DNA from: Acidimicrobiia bacterium
GTDB taxonomy: Bacteria > Actinomycetota > Acidimicrobiia > Spongiisociales > ZC4RG35
Assembly (NCBI GenBank): GCA_965215185.1
Contig: OZ244034.1
Location: forward strand, 1,984,001-2,048,000
Direction: 5' to 3'
Length of the DNA: 64,000 bases
The translations under genes were made by a program, and so were the position numbers. Under the pieces are notes generated by a model that ran no database searches, was not told where the DNA came from, and was given only the letters and a program-made list of their open reading frames with translations. Position 1 is the stretch's first letter. Each line of letters opens with the position of its first letter. This document shows positions 30,053 to 40,065 of the stretch, one piece after another.

Positions 30053-30696
30053 TCAACCAACCCACATGCGACAACCGGCAGTGCTTTTTGGTTCGGGGAA
30101 GGCCATGTTCGTTTCCGTTTTCATGCTGCGACTCTGGATATGTTCGGTCGGGATTCCGTCACGATAGCGCCGGGCCTGTGACAGTGCTCCTGCCACCGTG
30201 TGACGGGTGGCTGTCGATGCGGCCTGATTGACCGGCAAAACAGTTATCCTGAGCCTGCTCTAGCTGCGGTTGATGAGCGGTCCGATTCGCTTCTGCGCCC
30301 GGTCAAAGTGTTGGTGAGGTGCTCCCGGGGATACTGACCGTTAGGGTTGTATTCGTAGTGGTACGTCACCACCGCCCTGCCTGAGACAATCATCCCCGAC
30401 GGTTGGGACATTCCTTCTCGGGACAGGGCCAGTTAGGATCTTCTATCCCCAAGACAGCGCACGGAAGCGCGGCACCCCAAACGGGGAAAAGTGGGTGCTC
30501 CGGTGGGTGGGCAACCCCCGAGGAGACGCTGGAGCACCCAAACCATCTCTAGTGTGGGCATGTTCTCCACCACCACTTCTGCTTCGGCGACTTCTTCAGG
30601 GGTGGTGGGCTGGTCTGTTTCGTCGTCGGAATGGCACCAATACCTAACAAGTGGCTCGGTGGCAGAAGCAGACCTCGAATACGCAGTGCTTGTCTG

Positions 30697-31084
30697 CTAC
30701 GGCTTCGGTTCGAGTTCCAGGAGGATATCCGAAATAGAGTCAATTGCGCCAGCATCTAGGGCCTCTGCGATGGCCAGAAGCCCCTTGTTGGCGAGAGTTT
30801 CAATAGCCAGATACGGCTCGTCGAGTTCACCATATAGAACTTGGACTAACCCTTCGATCTTCCGATCAGGATCGAGAGTTCCCGTGTTGGCCGTATATTT
30901 CCCCTTGCTACCTAGCGCACCGAAGTCGTCTGGCCGCTCGAGATCGAACCCGCGGGTGACCGCGAAGGCGAATCCCAATCTGACAAGATCTGCTATCTCG
31001 GGCATGTTAAAGCTACCCAGTTTCTTGTAGGCCTTAGTGCCGTCAGAAGTCAAAGCTACGGTTGTCGAGGCGTTTCTTCGCCAT
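30697..31084 (-). pseudogene. Small protein downstream of a DndD-like ATPase (DndE-like position), N-terminal frameshift
   Basis: ATG at 31084 is out of frame with the 118-aa body (LVRLGFAFAV...NTGTLDPD). Confidence 0.45.
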
Positions 31085-31085
31085 C

Positions 31086-31560
31086 TCAGGAGGATCCTAA
31101 CTCGAGTATGTCTGTATGCCTGGCAGACCGACGGATCAGTTGTCTTTCACATACCAATGTTGAATTCAATGTGTTCTGCGCTTCTGTATGGTTGATTTCG
31201 CCCTCATGGACAATGAGAACCACTTGCCGAGCAAGGTCTGGGAGAGCCTCGAGGGTACTGAGTGTGTGATTCGGGTCGAGCCGAGCGAAGGGCATGTCCA
31301 TGAACACCGGGCCTTGTACCGGAGCACACCTCTGGAGTGCTGCTACAAGTGAAAGAGCGACAATATGTTCGTATCCTGCTGAACGTTGCAACTCAAGCTC
31401 TCCGTCCTTGTGGACAATCGACAAACCATAGTCTTCGTTGATCAAGAGCCGAACAAAGTCCGGGCCGATTGAATGGACAAGAACACTTCTGTCGCCTCCT
31501 CCTCTACACGTTGCTTGAGGTCTTCCCGGTAGTTGTCAATAGCGGCAGAGCACAGTTGTT
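31086..31560 (-). pseudogene. C-terminal fragment of a DndD/SbcC-like SMC ATPase
   Basis: RSAGYEHIVALSL signature, VFMDMPFARLD Walker B/D-loop, VH; truncated by the element end. Confidence 0.75.
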
Positions 31561-31624
31561 GAAGGCTTGTGAGAAGGCCACCCACCCCCACCACCAGCCC
31601 ACCCCCGGCCATCACACCCAATAG

Positions 31625-31880
31625 CGCCAACGGGCTGAAAACCCGAGGCCCACCCCCATAACACACCCCGGGACTCAACACCGACAGCAACCAACCCCGC
31701 TGTCGGCTTCAGCGCGCCCGGAAAACCAAAACCCCACCCCCGACAACCACCAAACGGCCCCTGGCTAGCCCACAACACCACCCGAAACAGCCAAAACCCC
31801 CAAAACCAACCGAAAAAGGGAAAACTGTCTATCAGCGTCCTAAATCGCCAACGAATTTGAAATAAATCGCCAATTGCCCC
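31625..31880 (+). mobile_element. Transposase 3' end region, copy 2, abutting tRNA-Lys
   Basis: Encodes NGLKTRGPPP*; hairpin CCGACAGC/GCTGTCGG; TAAATCGCCAA at 31841 and 31863. Confidence 0.78.
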
Positions 31881-31956
31881 TGGTGGGGCCGGTGGGAGTC
31901 GAACCCACGACCTCCGGGTTAAAAGCCCGTTGCTCTGCCAATTGAGCTACGGCCCC
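31881..31956 (-). tRNA. tRNA-Lys(UUU)
   Basis: GGGGCCGTAGCTCAATTGGCAGAGCAACGGGCTTTTAACCCGGAGGTCGTGGGTTCGACTCCCACCGGCCCCACCA: cloverleaf, TTT anticodon, encoded CCA. Confidence 0.97.
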
Positions 31957-32162
31957 GCCTCACAGGATACGGCGTTACGCTCACTGTTGCCATTCGAATT
32001 TGGCTGCGGTTCCCCACCACTGTGGGACGTCCTTGGCCTTGAGGAATAGGGCCGAGGAGCCCCCTACAACCGCAGATGCATCTTCACGCTACGATCAATC
32101 TCTGGAAGCCATATACCGCAGTCGAACCGTCCCTTGTGTCAGAAATGGGTAGGGTGCCTTTG

Positions 32163-32855
32163 ATGACAGAACCCAAAAAAACAACACCCGGCTCCGCAGA
32201 CTGGAGGCAGGTGCTTAGCGCAGAGGACGCCGCCAGCCTATCGGTTTACTCCCGACAGCGGGAGCCTTGGAAAGGGGTGTCACCCACGCTCTTGGTGGTG
32301 GATGTCACCGAGGCGTTCGTGGGTCCCAATCTTCCGGTCGCCGAGGCCCAGAAGACATGGCGTCAGGCGTGCGGCGACAAGGCTTGGGCGGCGGTTCCGG
32401 CCATTCGTAGGTTGCTGGAGGCGTTCCGCGCCGCCAATCGGCCGGTGATTTTCACCACACCCGATGGGAGTCAACGCTGGACGGGCCCGGTTACCCGCGG
32501 CACGACCACCGCCGATGTTCCCGCGGGCCGTGAGGTCATTGCGGCCGTGGCGCCCCTTGACAATGAGTGGGTGTTACGAAAGCCCAAGGCCAGCGCCTTT
32601 TTCGGCACACCCCTGGTTTCCTCCCTGATCCACAGCGGATGCGACACCCTGGTGGTGGCCGGAGGTACTACCTCAGGATGTGTCCGGGCCACCGCCGTGG
32701 ATGGGTCCTCCTACGGGTTTGAGATGCTGGTGGCAGAGGATGGATGCTTTGACCGGGCCACACTCAATCACCTGGTCAACCTTGCCGATCTTGACGCCAA
32801 ATACGCCCGAGTGCTGCCAGCGTCTGAGATCTTGGCGCTGCTGGATTTCGAGTGA
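32163..32855 (+). CDS. Isochorismatase-family cysteine hydrolase
   Basis: LLVVD, KPKASAFFGT and GGTTSGCVRATAVD motifs. Confidence 0.9.
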   Translation: MTEPKKTTPGSADWRQVLSAEDAASLSVYSRQREPWKGVSPTLLVVDVTEAFVGPNLPVAEAQKTWRQACGDKAWAAVPAIRRLLEAFRAANRPVIFTTPDGSQRWTGPVTRGTTTADVPAGREVIAAVAPLDNEWVLRKPKASAFFGTPLVSSLIHSGCDTLVVAGGTTSGCVRATAVDGSSYGFEMLVAEDGCFDRATLNHLVNLADLDAKYARVLPASEILALLDFE

Positions 32856-32912
32856 GGCAGACTGAATTCCCGCTGACCACAGCCTCGGCACGGTCCTTAA
32901 AATCCCTCGTGA

Positions 32913-33374
32913 ATGGCTAAAGCTGGATCTTCGCACATCTGTCTGCCTGGGAAGGGTCTGGCGCGGGTACTGCTTGCTCTTTTGATACTGGCGGGCTTCG
33001 TTCTGGCCGCCTGCTCGGAGACAGGCAGCGCCGCATGCCCGGAGGACAGCGACCCCTTTGTCAAATACGAGTTGTTCATGGGCCGCAGCACCACCGATGG
33101 CGACGTCGTGGATGACGAGGACTGGGACAGCTTCCTCGCCGAAACCGTGACGCCGCGGTTTCCCGATGGGCTGACGGTGCTCGATGCGCAAGGTCAATGG
33201 CGCGATTCCGAGGGGCGGATCCTCAGGGAGCAGTCCACCATCCTCGTGATCCTGGCCCCGCCGGGTGACGAAGGACTGCGGCTTATCGACGAGATCTCAG
33301 ATGAATACAAGGTGCGCTTCAAACAGGAGTCTGTGCTCCAAGTTATGGGAGAACCCTGCGTCTCGTTTTCCTGA
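32913..33374 (+). CDS. DUF3574-family lipoprotein
   Basis: LAAC lipobox; ELFMGR, VTPRFPDGLTVLDAQGQW and FKQESV motifs. Confidence 0.85.
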   Translation: MAKAGSSHICLPGKGLARVLLALLILAGFVLAACSETGSAACPEDSDPFVKYELFMGRSTTDGDVVDDEDWDSFLAETVTPRFPDGLTVLDAQGQWRDSEGRILREQSTILVILAPPGDEGLRLIDEISDEYKVRFKQESVLQVMGEPCVSFS

Positions 33375-33512
33375 CCGACCCCCGGGTCTCTTGGCTTTTG
33401 GACCGGTTCCTACGCCAAGGCTGTGGAACCCTTTGACTTTGCAGTCCATAGTTTTACCTAAGGGTTGAGCCTGTAGCAGCCCGCCTAATAGGCAACATCG
33501 CCTCTATTTAGG

Positions 33513-34424
33513 GTGTACTACGTTACGCTGGCCAAACGCGGTATACGTTTCGGCTCCGACTTGATCTCACTGATTCGCCCTGCTCACCTCTTGGACGACC
33601 TCCGGTCACTGGAGGCCGTACTCGGTCCGCGGGCAGCCGCGGTGAACCGCAGACTCGAATTCCCTGTTCTGTTCTCAGCCTTGCTGGTGCTGCCGTTATT
33701 CCTGATCGAGTTGATAGTTCCGCAAGGGTGGTCGCATCCGGCGGCGGTGATCATCAACTGGGTCATATGGACGGCATTCGCTCTGGAGTTCACCTTGCTG
33801 ATCTCCCTCACCGAGCATCGTTTGGCCTACATTCGGAAAGACTGGCTGCATACGGCGGTGATTCCATTCGCCTTCCCCCTTGTGCCCCACATCTTTTCCG
33901 ATACAGATTTGGAGGGAGTGGTCCGCACCCTACGGTTCATTCTGCTGCTGGCGGTGCTCGCCCACAGCTGCTGGGTTCTCTACCAACTCCTGGTTCACAC
34001 GTTTTTTGAGCTTCTAGCCATCGCCCGCCATCCATGGTTGTTTCTGCTCGGCCCTTTGTTGAGAAAACGCGGTCTGGGAATCGTAGTGCTTCTCTTTGGT
34101 GGGTTGGCGGTGGCGTCGGGACTCCTGCACGCCTTTTTCGAAAAACATAGCGTTATCGAAGGCCTTTGGTGGTCCCTGGTGACCTTGACGACGGTGGGGT
34201 ACGGCGATATCTCACCGGTAACACTGGGGGGCCGGATTACCGGGGCGGCGCTAATGCTGTCCGGTATCGGAGTGCTCGCCTTCACAACGGCCAATATCGC
34301 TGCCTTCTTCGTGGAGGGCGACTACGAGAAGGACCTTCACCGGGAAGTTCGATCCGTCAACGAACGGCTGGATCGTATAGAAGCGCTCCTGATTTCCCGA
34401 ATTCCACCTGCGAGCGAGGATTGA
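33513..34424 (+). CDS. Potassium channel family protein
   Basis: WWSLVTLTTVGYGD selectivity filter; multiple TM helices. Confidence 0.9.
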   Translation: MYYVTLAKRGIRFGSDLISLIRPAHLLDDLRSLEAVLGPRAAAVNRRLEFPVLFSALLVLPLFLIELIVPQGWSHPAAVIINWVIWTAFALEFTLLISLTEHRLAYIRKDWLHTAVIPFAFPLVPHIFSDTDLEGVVRTLRFILLLAVLAHSCWVLYQLLVHTFFELLAIARHPWLFLLGPLLRKRGLGIVVLLFGGLAVASGLLHAFFEKHSVIEGLWWSLVTLTTVGYGDISPVTLGGRITGAALMLSGIGVLAFTTANIAAFFVEGDYEKDLHREVRSVNERLDRIEALLISRIPPASED

Positions 34425-34432
34425 CTTCCTGG

Positions 34433-35584
34433 CTAAATCTTGGTGAGCACCTCTCGAGGGTTGTCCACAAAAATCCGGTGGATTAGCTCTTCCTCAAAGC
34501 CCTTGTAGCGCATCAGGTTCCTCACCGTTTCCGGAAGATGACGCCAGCCGTGGCCGCCGTAGCGCCGTAGCCAATGTTTGAGAGCTATGTCGGAGGAGAC
34601 CAGCACTCGATCGGGATATCCGGCGTCTGCCACATGCTTTAGCCAATTGAGCCGGATGGCGTCGTTGGGCTGGTCGACGGGTGTGCGCTGCCGGAACGAT
34701 CCTTCCCAGCCGAAGCAATCGAAGGCCAGGTAGACACCGGTCTTCGCCAACTCCAAGAGCGGTCCGCTGTCGAAGACGTTGGTGCCAGCTGAGGTGTTGA
34801 ACCGGCTGTCGCAGTGGTCGATGACGGTGCGACTCAAGTCACCTCCCGCTTCGTCGACCACCCTGACTATGTCGAAGGGCGATTGGGGATTGAACCCGGG
34901 ATGCACCGACAGCGACACCCCGGTGGCAACCGACGCCTTGGCCGAGGCTCGCAGCACCTTCTCTTCGTTGGGGTGCATGGGGTAGTCCATCCCCACCTCC
35001 CCGATGATCCCCGCCTTCACTCCCCCGGCCACACCCACCTCGATATCTCCCACCATCAACTCCACCAACTGTTCCTCGGAAAGGTCGTCCATGTCGGCGG
35101 GGTGATAGTCGGCCAAATACCAGGAGGTGGACATGACGATGTGCACGCCGGTGGCCCGGGAAATCTCCACCAGACCCAGGGGATCGCGTCCCATTCCCCG
35201 GGTGGTCTGGTCGACGATGGTCGATCCCCCCACCCGGCGGAACTGGTTGAACTCATAAATGGCGTCATCAATGGAGTCGAGTTTCTGATCGCCGTAGTAG
35301 ACCCAATGCTTCTGGCGGTCGTTGAGGTTCTCCAAGGTGACGGGCTGTCCCCACTTGGCGCCCCAGGTGGCGGCCGTCCCCGGACCCTGCTGTCCCGGTT
35401 CCCAGCCCGCTTCGGGCCGGCGCATGATCGGCACGTACTTCTTGGCGCCGGTCTTGTACTGTTCAACTCCGGTGACCCCCTTGGTGAGATCCAAAAGCAC
35501 ATGCTCGTGGATGAGGGAGACCCCCGCGTCTTCGGGAGCGATGGGGCCGAGAACCGTTTGAATGTAGCCGCGATCCGACGACAT
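34433..35584 (-). CDS. Phosphotriesterase-related amidohydrolase
   Basis: IQTVLGPI, HEH, GMGRDP, GIIGEVG, HPG, DHCD, SSD and YGGHG motifs. Confidence 0.9.
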   Translation of the reverse strand: MSSDRGYIQTVLGPIAPEDAGVSLIHEHVLLDLTKGVTGVEQYKTGAKKYVPIMRRPEAGWEPGQQGPGTAATWGAKWGQPVTLENLNDRQKHWVYYGDQKLDSIDDAIYEFNQFRRVGGSTIVDQTTRGMGRDPLGLVEISRATGVHIVMSTSWYLADYHPADMDDLSEEQLVELMVGDIEVGVAGGVKAGIIGEVGMDYPMHPNEEKVLRASAKASVATGVSLSVHPGFNPQSPFDIVRVVDEAGGDLSRTVIDHCDSRFNTSAGTNVFDSGPLLELAKTGVYLAFDCFGWEGSFRQRTPVDQPNDAIRLNWLKHVADAGYPDRVLVSSDIALKHWLRRYGGHGWRHLPETVRNLMRYKGFEEELIHRIFVDNPREVLTKI

Positions 35585-36528
35585 CACAGCACCGCCATGG
35601 GCGTAACCAGGGATCCGGTTCCTTTGGGCAGGTTGAGCGGGTTGACCGTGAACAGGAATGTGTCCCGGCCGGTGCGGGCGCATTCGGCGCCCAGGGCTTC
35701 CAGGTCCATATTGTGAATGAGCGGCAATCCGTAGAACACCTCCGCCAGAACGTGAACCGGACTGCGACAGTAAGCCTCATGGCGATGCGGAAAGGTGTCA
35801 GCCGGCGAGTCGGTGGCCACCAGGCTCACATCCCGGGTTGCCAGGAGATCGATGCAGTCGGTGTCGAGGCCGGCCCAGGTGCCGTGATGCCAGGTGCCGT
35901 GCTCGCTATCTCCGGTGGCCGCCTTTCCCACCCTGATGGTCCCGCCGATGCGGATCACCACCACGTCGCCAGGCTCGATCCTCTCCAACGCGTACTCCAG
36001 GTCTCCGGGCCACACCGAATCTCCCGGATCCAAGGCCTCCACACCACGACGGCCGGCAACATCTATGAACACGGCGCGGGTAGCAATGGCCGCCAGAGGA
36101 GTGACGTCCATTTCCGTCTTCTTGACCCCTTCCGACATGGTGACCACATCCGGAAAGTAATGGCCGTTGAAAGTGCGCCCCCGATATCCCATATGGGCTA
36201 GGGCGTCGATGTGGGTGTGGGTCATCCCGTGCACCCGGGTGGAGAGTCGATCGGCGGCGGACTGGGTGAGGTCTCCCTCCTCATAACCTCCCTCGTCGGC
36301 CTTGATAATCTCGTGCACTACGAACGGATCGACGAAACGCTGGTGTGTCTCCTTCAGATCTAGCGGCCGGGAGAGGGGAAGGGTTTTCCCACTTTGCACC
36401 GCCGCGGCACCGCGCAGGGTAGCCTCGGAGGTTAGCAGGTTGAGAGTCCCCAGGTCGTTGGGCCACCGGCCCCAGTTCCCAGAGTGCCCGGGCCACCGGT
36501 CGGCGGGCCATTCCTTCATCACGTCCAT
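35584..36528 (-). CDS. Cyclase (kynurenine formamidase-like) family protein
   Basis: NWGRW...LGTLNLL, THIDALAH and GTGSLVTP motifs. Confidence 0.9.
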   Translation of the reverse strand: MDVMKEWPADRWPGHSGNWGRWPNDLGTLNLLTSEATLRGAAAVQSGKTLPLSRPLDLKETHQRFVDPFVVHEIIKADEGGYEEGDLTQSAADRLSTRVHGMTHTHIDALAHMGYRGRTFNGHYFPDVVTMSEGVKKTEMDVTPLAAIATRAVFIDVAGRRGVEALDPGDSVWPGDLEYALERIEPGDVVVIRIGGTIRVGKAATGDSEHGTWHHGTWAGLDTDCIDLLATRDVSLVATDSPADTFPHRHEAYCRSPVHVLAEVFYGLPLIHNMDLEALGAECARTGRDTFLFTVNPLNLPKGTGSLVTPMAVL

Positions 36529-36535
36529 ATATGTA

Positions 36536-37192
36536 TCAACCTCCTAAAGGGGAATTGGTGAGTGGCGGCCCGTCGAATGACTCGTGGCGGGCAAAGCTTT
36601 CCACCCTATTGCGAGAGAGTCGGGTGGCCTTCCATTCCGGATACCCGATGGTCATCACCGCCGCCACCCCATAGCCTTCGGGAACCGACATCAACTCCGC
36701 CCACTCCGGCTCGGCGGCTACTGCCAGTGCGGTGATCCGAGATCCCACTCCCCGCACGGAAAGGGCCAGTTGAAGATTCTGTACAAAGGGGTATATCGAT
36801 CCGCCGCCTACAAAGCTCACTCGATCCAGGTTGCGGTCGGTGAGCGCCAGCGACCCCAGGTGAGCCCAGATGAACAGATGCACCGGCACCTGGTGCAAAT
36901 TGGCATGATATTCGGTGCCCTCCCGCAGCTTCTTGGCCTTGTCCGCGGTCATTTCCTCGGGAGGGGGATACCACTTGGCGGTGTAGGCCTTCCACTCCCG
37001 GGTACTGATCTCGCTCACCTTTTTTCGCAGGTCGAGGTCCCGCACCACCACCACCCGCCACGGCTGGCGGTTGCCGCCACTGGGCGCAAAACGGGCGTCG
37101 TCCAGCGCCCCGTATATCACCTCATCAGGCACATCCTGGGGCAGATAGCGCCGCACTCCCGACATGGTGCGCATCACCGCCGACAACTCCAC
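36536..37192 (-). CDS. Nitroreductase family protein
   Basis: APSGGNRQPWRVVVV, GGSIYP and IGYP motifs. Confidence 0.9.
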   Translation of the reverse strand: MELSAVMRTMSGVRRYLPQDVPDEVIYGALDDARFAPSGGNRQPWRVVVVRDLDLRKKVSEISTREWKAYTAKWYPPPEEMTADKAKKLREGTEYHANLHQVPVHLFIWAHLGSLALTDRNLDRVSFVGGGSIYPFVQNLQLALSVRGVGSRITALAVAAEPEWAELMSVPEGYGVAAVMTIGYPEWKATRLSRNRVESFARHESFDGPPLTNSPLGG

Positions 37193-37443
37193 TTTTGTAA
37201 TTCCTATCTGTTGACTGGTACCGGTTCGACTCTATGAGACTATCACCACTACCCCGGCCATCGCCGGCAGGGAAGCCTTTCGGTCAGGCCGGTGGGGCGG
37301 CGGCGACCCGCCCTTCCAGGTCATGGAGAACACCCATCCGCTTATCTTCCCGGCTGCCTCGACCATACCCGCAGCCGCTAATATGACAAACCACGGTAGG
37401 TCTAATAAAATAAACACATTCGCTGTTTTCTAAACGGAAGGAA

Positions 37444-38466
37444 GTGACGGTGTTTTCCACATCCACCCCCAATCGAACTATTCGTCTCTTGTTGCCGTTA
37501 GCCGCGGTATTGGGTCTTGCGATCGGGGCCTGTGGAGGCGGGAGCGACCCGGTGCTGATCTATTCGGGCCGAAGTGAAGAGTTGGTCGGTCCACTGATCG
37601 AAGAGTTCCGTGAGTCAAGCGGCTTGGAAGTGGAAGTCAGATACGCAGGAAGTACAGAGTTGGCCTCCACCCTGTTGGAAGAAGGATCCTCCACCGATGC
37701 AGACGTGTTCCTCGCCCAGGATCCCGCCTCCCTCGGACTGGTTGCCCCACTGATGGCAGCCCTTCCCTCCGAGGTCGTTTCCGCGGTGCCTCCCCGGTTC
37801 CGTGACCGTGCCCATCGCTGGGTAGGGATCTCGGGACGGATAAGGGCGATCGTCTATGACCGGGATCAGGTCCAGGTGAGCGAACTTCCTCACAGTATCG
37901 ACGATCTGCTCAACCCCCGCTGGTCAAACATAATCGGGGTGGCCCCCACCAACGGCTCCTTCCTGGCATTCGTAGCGGCGATGATCCTCGACCGCGGCGA
38001 GAGCGCGACCCTGGAGTGGTTGGAGGCCCTGGCCGCCTTGGATCCCCTGGACTTTCCCAATAACTCCTCTATCGTGGCTGCGGCCGATGCCGGAGAAGTC
38101 GGGCTGGGGCTGGTGAACCACTATTACCTGTTGCGTTTGCAGGCTGAAGGAGGGGGAAAGCGGGCGGCCAATCACTTCCTCTCGGCCGGCGATCCGGGAA
38201 GCCTGGTCATGCCTTCGGGAGTGTCAGTGCTGGCCAACTCGGAACAGTCTGAAGACGCCCATAGCTTCGTGGAGTTCCTGCTGTCGGAAACCAGCCAGCG
38301 ATACTTCGCCGAGCAGACCTACGAGTATCCCCTGGCGGCAGGAGCGAAGCCAGCGGCCAGCCTCCCGCCCATCGACTCCATTCCCACCCCGGATATCGAT
38401 CTCTCCGACCTGCACTCAGCTCTGGAACGGGCTACCGAGTTGGTCGCCGAGGCGGGGCTCCTGTAA
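37444..38466 (+). CDS. Fe3+ ABC transporter substrate-binding lipoprotein (FbpA/FutA-like)
   Basis: GAC lipobox; IYSGR, RIRAIVY, VNHYY and EYP motifs. Confidence 0.88.
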   Translation: MTVFSTSTPNRTIRLLLPLAAVLGLAIGACGGGSDPVLIYSGRSEELVGPLIEEFRESSGLEVEVRYAGSTELASTLLEEGSSTDADVFLAQDPASLGLVAPLMAALPSEVVSAVPPRFRDRAHRWVGISGRIRAIVYDRDQVQVSELPHSIDDLLNPRWSNIIGVAPTNGSFLAFVAAMILDRGESATLEWLEALAALDPLDFPNNSSIVAAADAGEVGLGLVNHYYLLRLQAEGGGKRAANHFLSAGDPGSLVMPSGVSVLANSEQSEDAHSFVEFLLSETSQRYFAEQTYEYPLAAGAKPAASLPPIDSIPTPDIDLSDLHSALERATELVAEAGLL

Positions 38467-38478
38467 GTCGCCGTAACA

Positions 38479-40065
38479 ATGATGGGGGTAGCGCGGCCGA
38501 TCTCACGGCTCAAAGCGCTACCCCCAAACACTTGGTGGTGGGTGCTGGCCGGGGTGGTGATGCTGCCTGCCGCCGCGCCTCTGGGGGCTCTTGCATACGG
38601 GCTGGTGAGCGGGGTGGTCACCACCGTGCCCGTCGGGCGCCTATTGGAGTTGGCAGCCAACACCGGCGCGCTGAGCGGGGCCGTCACCTTGACCTCTTCA
38701 CTGATCGGCGGGGCCAGCGCCTGGCTGGTGTCCAGAACGGACCTGCCCGGAAAGGGACTGGCCACCGTTCTGATCATCATCCCCTTCGCAGTCCCCTCGT
38801 TCGTGGGCGCCCTCACCCTGCTCGGGGCCACCGGCGCCGACGGAGTGCTCTCGGCGGTCTCCGTGTGGATGGGCGGGGACATCATCGGCTATCCCTCCGG
38901 GTTCTGGGCGGCCTGGTTGGTGCTCACCCTCATCTCCGTTCCACTGGTGCACCTGGTCGTGGCGCCGGCCATGCGGTCTCTCAATCCCAGCCTGGAAGAA
39001 GCTGCCCGTGGATTGGGCGCCGGACGCATGAAGGTGTTCTGGAAAGTCACCCTTCCCCAACTGCGACCCGCCTTGACAGCCGGGGCTCTCTTGGTTGGGC
39101 TCTATACCCTGTCGGATTTCGGCGCGGTCTCCCTGCTTCGCTACGACACTTTCACACGCGCCATCTATCTGGAATACGCCGGACGCATTGATCGGCGACC
39201 TGCCCTGGGCCTGGCGGCAGTGCTCGCCGCGGCAGCGGTACTCATCGTCTGGATAGAGCGAAGCACCCGCGCCCGGGGAGTGTGGTTCACGGCCAGGCCC
39301 CGACGTACCGCGGCAACGGTCCGATTAGGCCGAGCGGGAAAGGTGATCGGGTGGGGGTTTCTGGGGGGCGTGGTGACCCTGTCCCTGCTGGTTCCGATAG
39401 TGGTGCTCACAGCCTGGATGGTGAGGGGTTTGGTATCCGGTGCCCTGGCCGGGGCGCCCTGGGCAGAGATGGGTCGTTCGATTTGGGTGGCGCTGCTGAC
39501 GGCAGTGGCGGCAGCCGTCATGGTAATCCCGGTGTCGATGGTCACCACTCGATATCGCAACCGTTGGGCAGGCCTCTTGGAAGGTGGGGCTTGGTCACTC
39601 TACGGCGTCCCACACATAGCGGTGGGAATGGCGATGATCGTTTTCTCTCTACGGATGGCCCGACCCCTTTATCAAACTCTCGTGCTGCTGATAGGCGTCT
39701 ACGTGATCATGTTCCTGCCACAGATCCTGGGACCCACCCGGGACTCTTTGGGAAGGGTGTCACCTTCCATGGAGGAAGCATCTCGCAGTCTGGGAAAGTC
39801 ACCGTCACGCACCTTCATGAGCGTCACCCTACCCCTCATGGCGCCCGGGTTGTTATCAGGCGCCGCGCTGGTCTTTCTGACTACCCTGCGGGAACTCCCC
39901 GCCACCCTGCTACTGCGTCCGGCCGGTTTCGAGACTCTGGCCATCCGGGTTTGGAGCGCAACCGGTGAAGGCTTTTACACTCAGGGTGCATTGGCCGGTC
40001 TGCTCTTGCTCTTGGTAGCGTCCCTTCCCCTGGCCATCGTCACACGCCATGAACTCATCCGCTAG
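38479..40065 (+). CDS. Fe3+ ABC transporter permease
   Basis: Two EAA loops (EEAARGLG, EEASRSLG); SDFGAV and RELPATLLL motifs. Confidence 0.9.
   Translation: MMGVARPISRLKALPPNTWWWVLAGVVMLPAAAPLGALAYGLVSGVVTTVPVGRLLELAANTGALSGAVTLTSSLIGGASAWLVSRTDLPGKGLATVLIIIPFAVPSFVGALTLLGATGADGVLSAVSVWMGGDIIGYPSGFWAAWLVLTLISVPLVHLVVAPAMRSLNPSLEEAARGLGAGRMKVFWKVTLPQLRPALTAGALLVGLYTLSDFGAVSLLRYDTFTRAIYLEYAGRIDRRPALGLAAVLAAAAVLIVWIERSTRARGVWFTARPRRTAATVRLGRAGKVIGWGFLGGVVTLSLLVPIVVLTAWMVRGLVSGALAGAPWAEMGRSIWVALLTAVAAAVMVIPVSMVTTRYRNRWAGLLEGGAWSLYGVPHIAVGMAMIVFSLRMARPLYQTLVLLIGVYVIMFLPQILGPTRDSLGRVSPSMEEASRSLGKSPSRTFMSVTLPLMAPGLLSGAALVFLTTLRELPATLLLRPAGFETLAIRVWSATGEGFYTQGALAGLLLLLVASLPLAIVTRHELIR

Noticed and set aside
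30357-30383. Possible tenth repeat copy, AGTGG-TACGTCA-CCACCGCCCTGCCTG
   Set aside because: The spacer is unlike the consensus and there are no arm repeats; too degenerate to call without a PWM.
37390-37412. DtxR/IdeR-like box upstream of the iron ABC operon (CGGTAGGTCTAATAA)
   Set aside because: Plausible context but too many mismatches to the 19-bp consensus.
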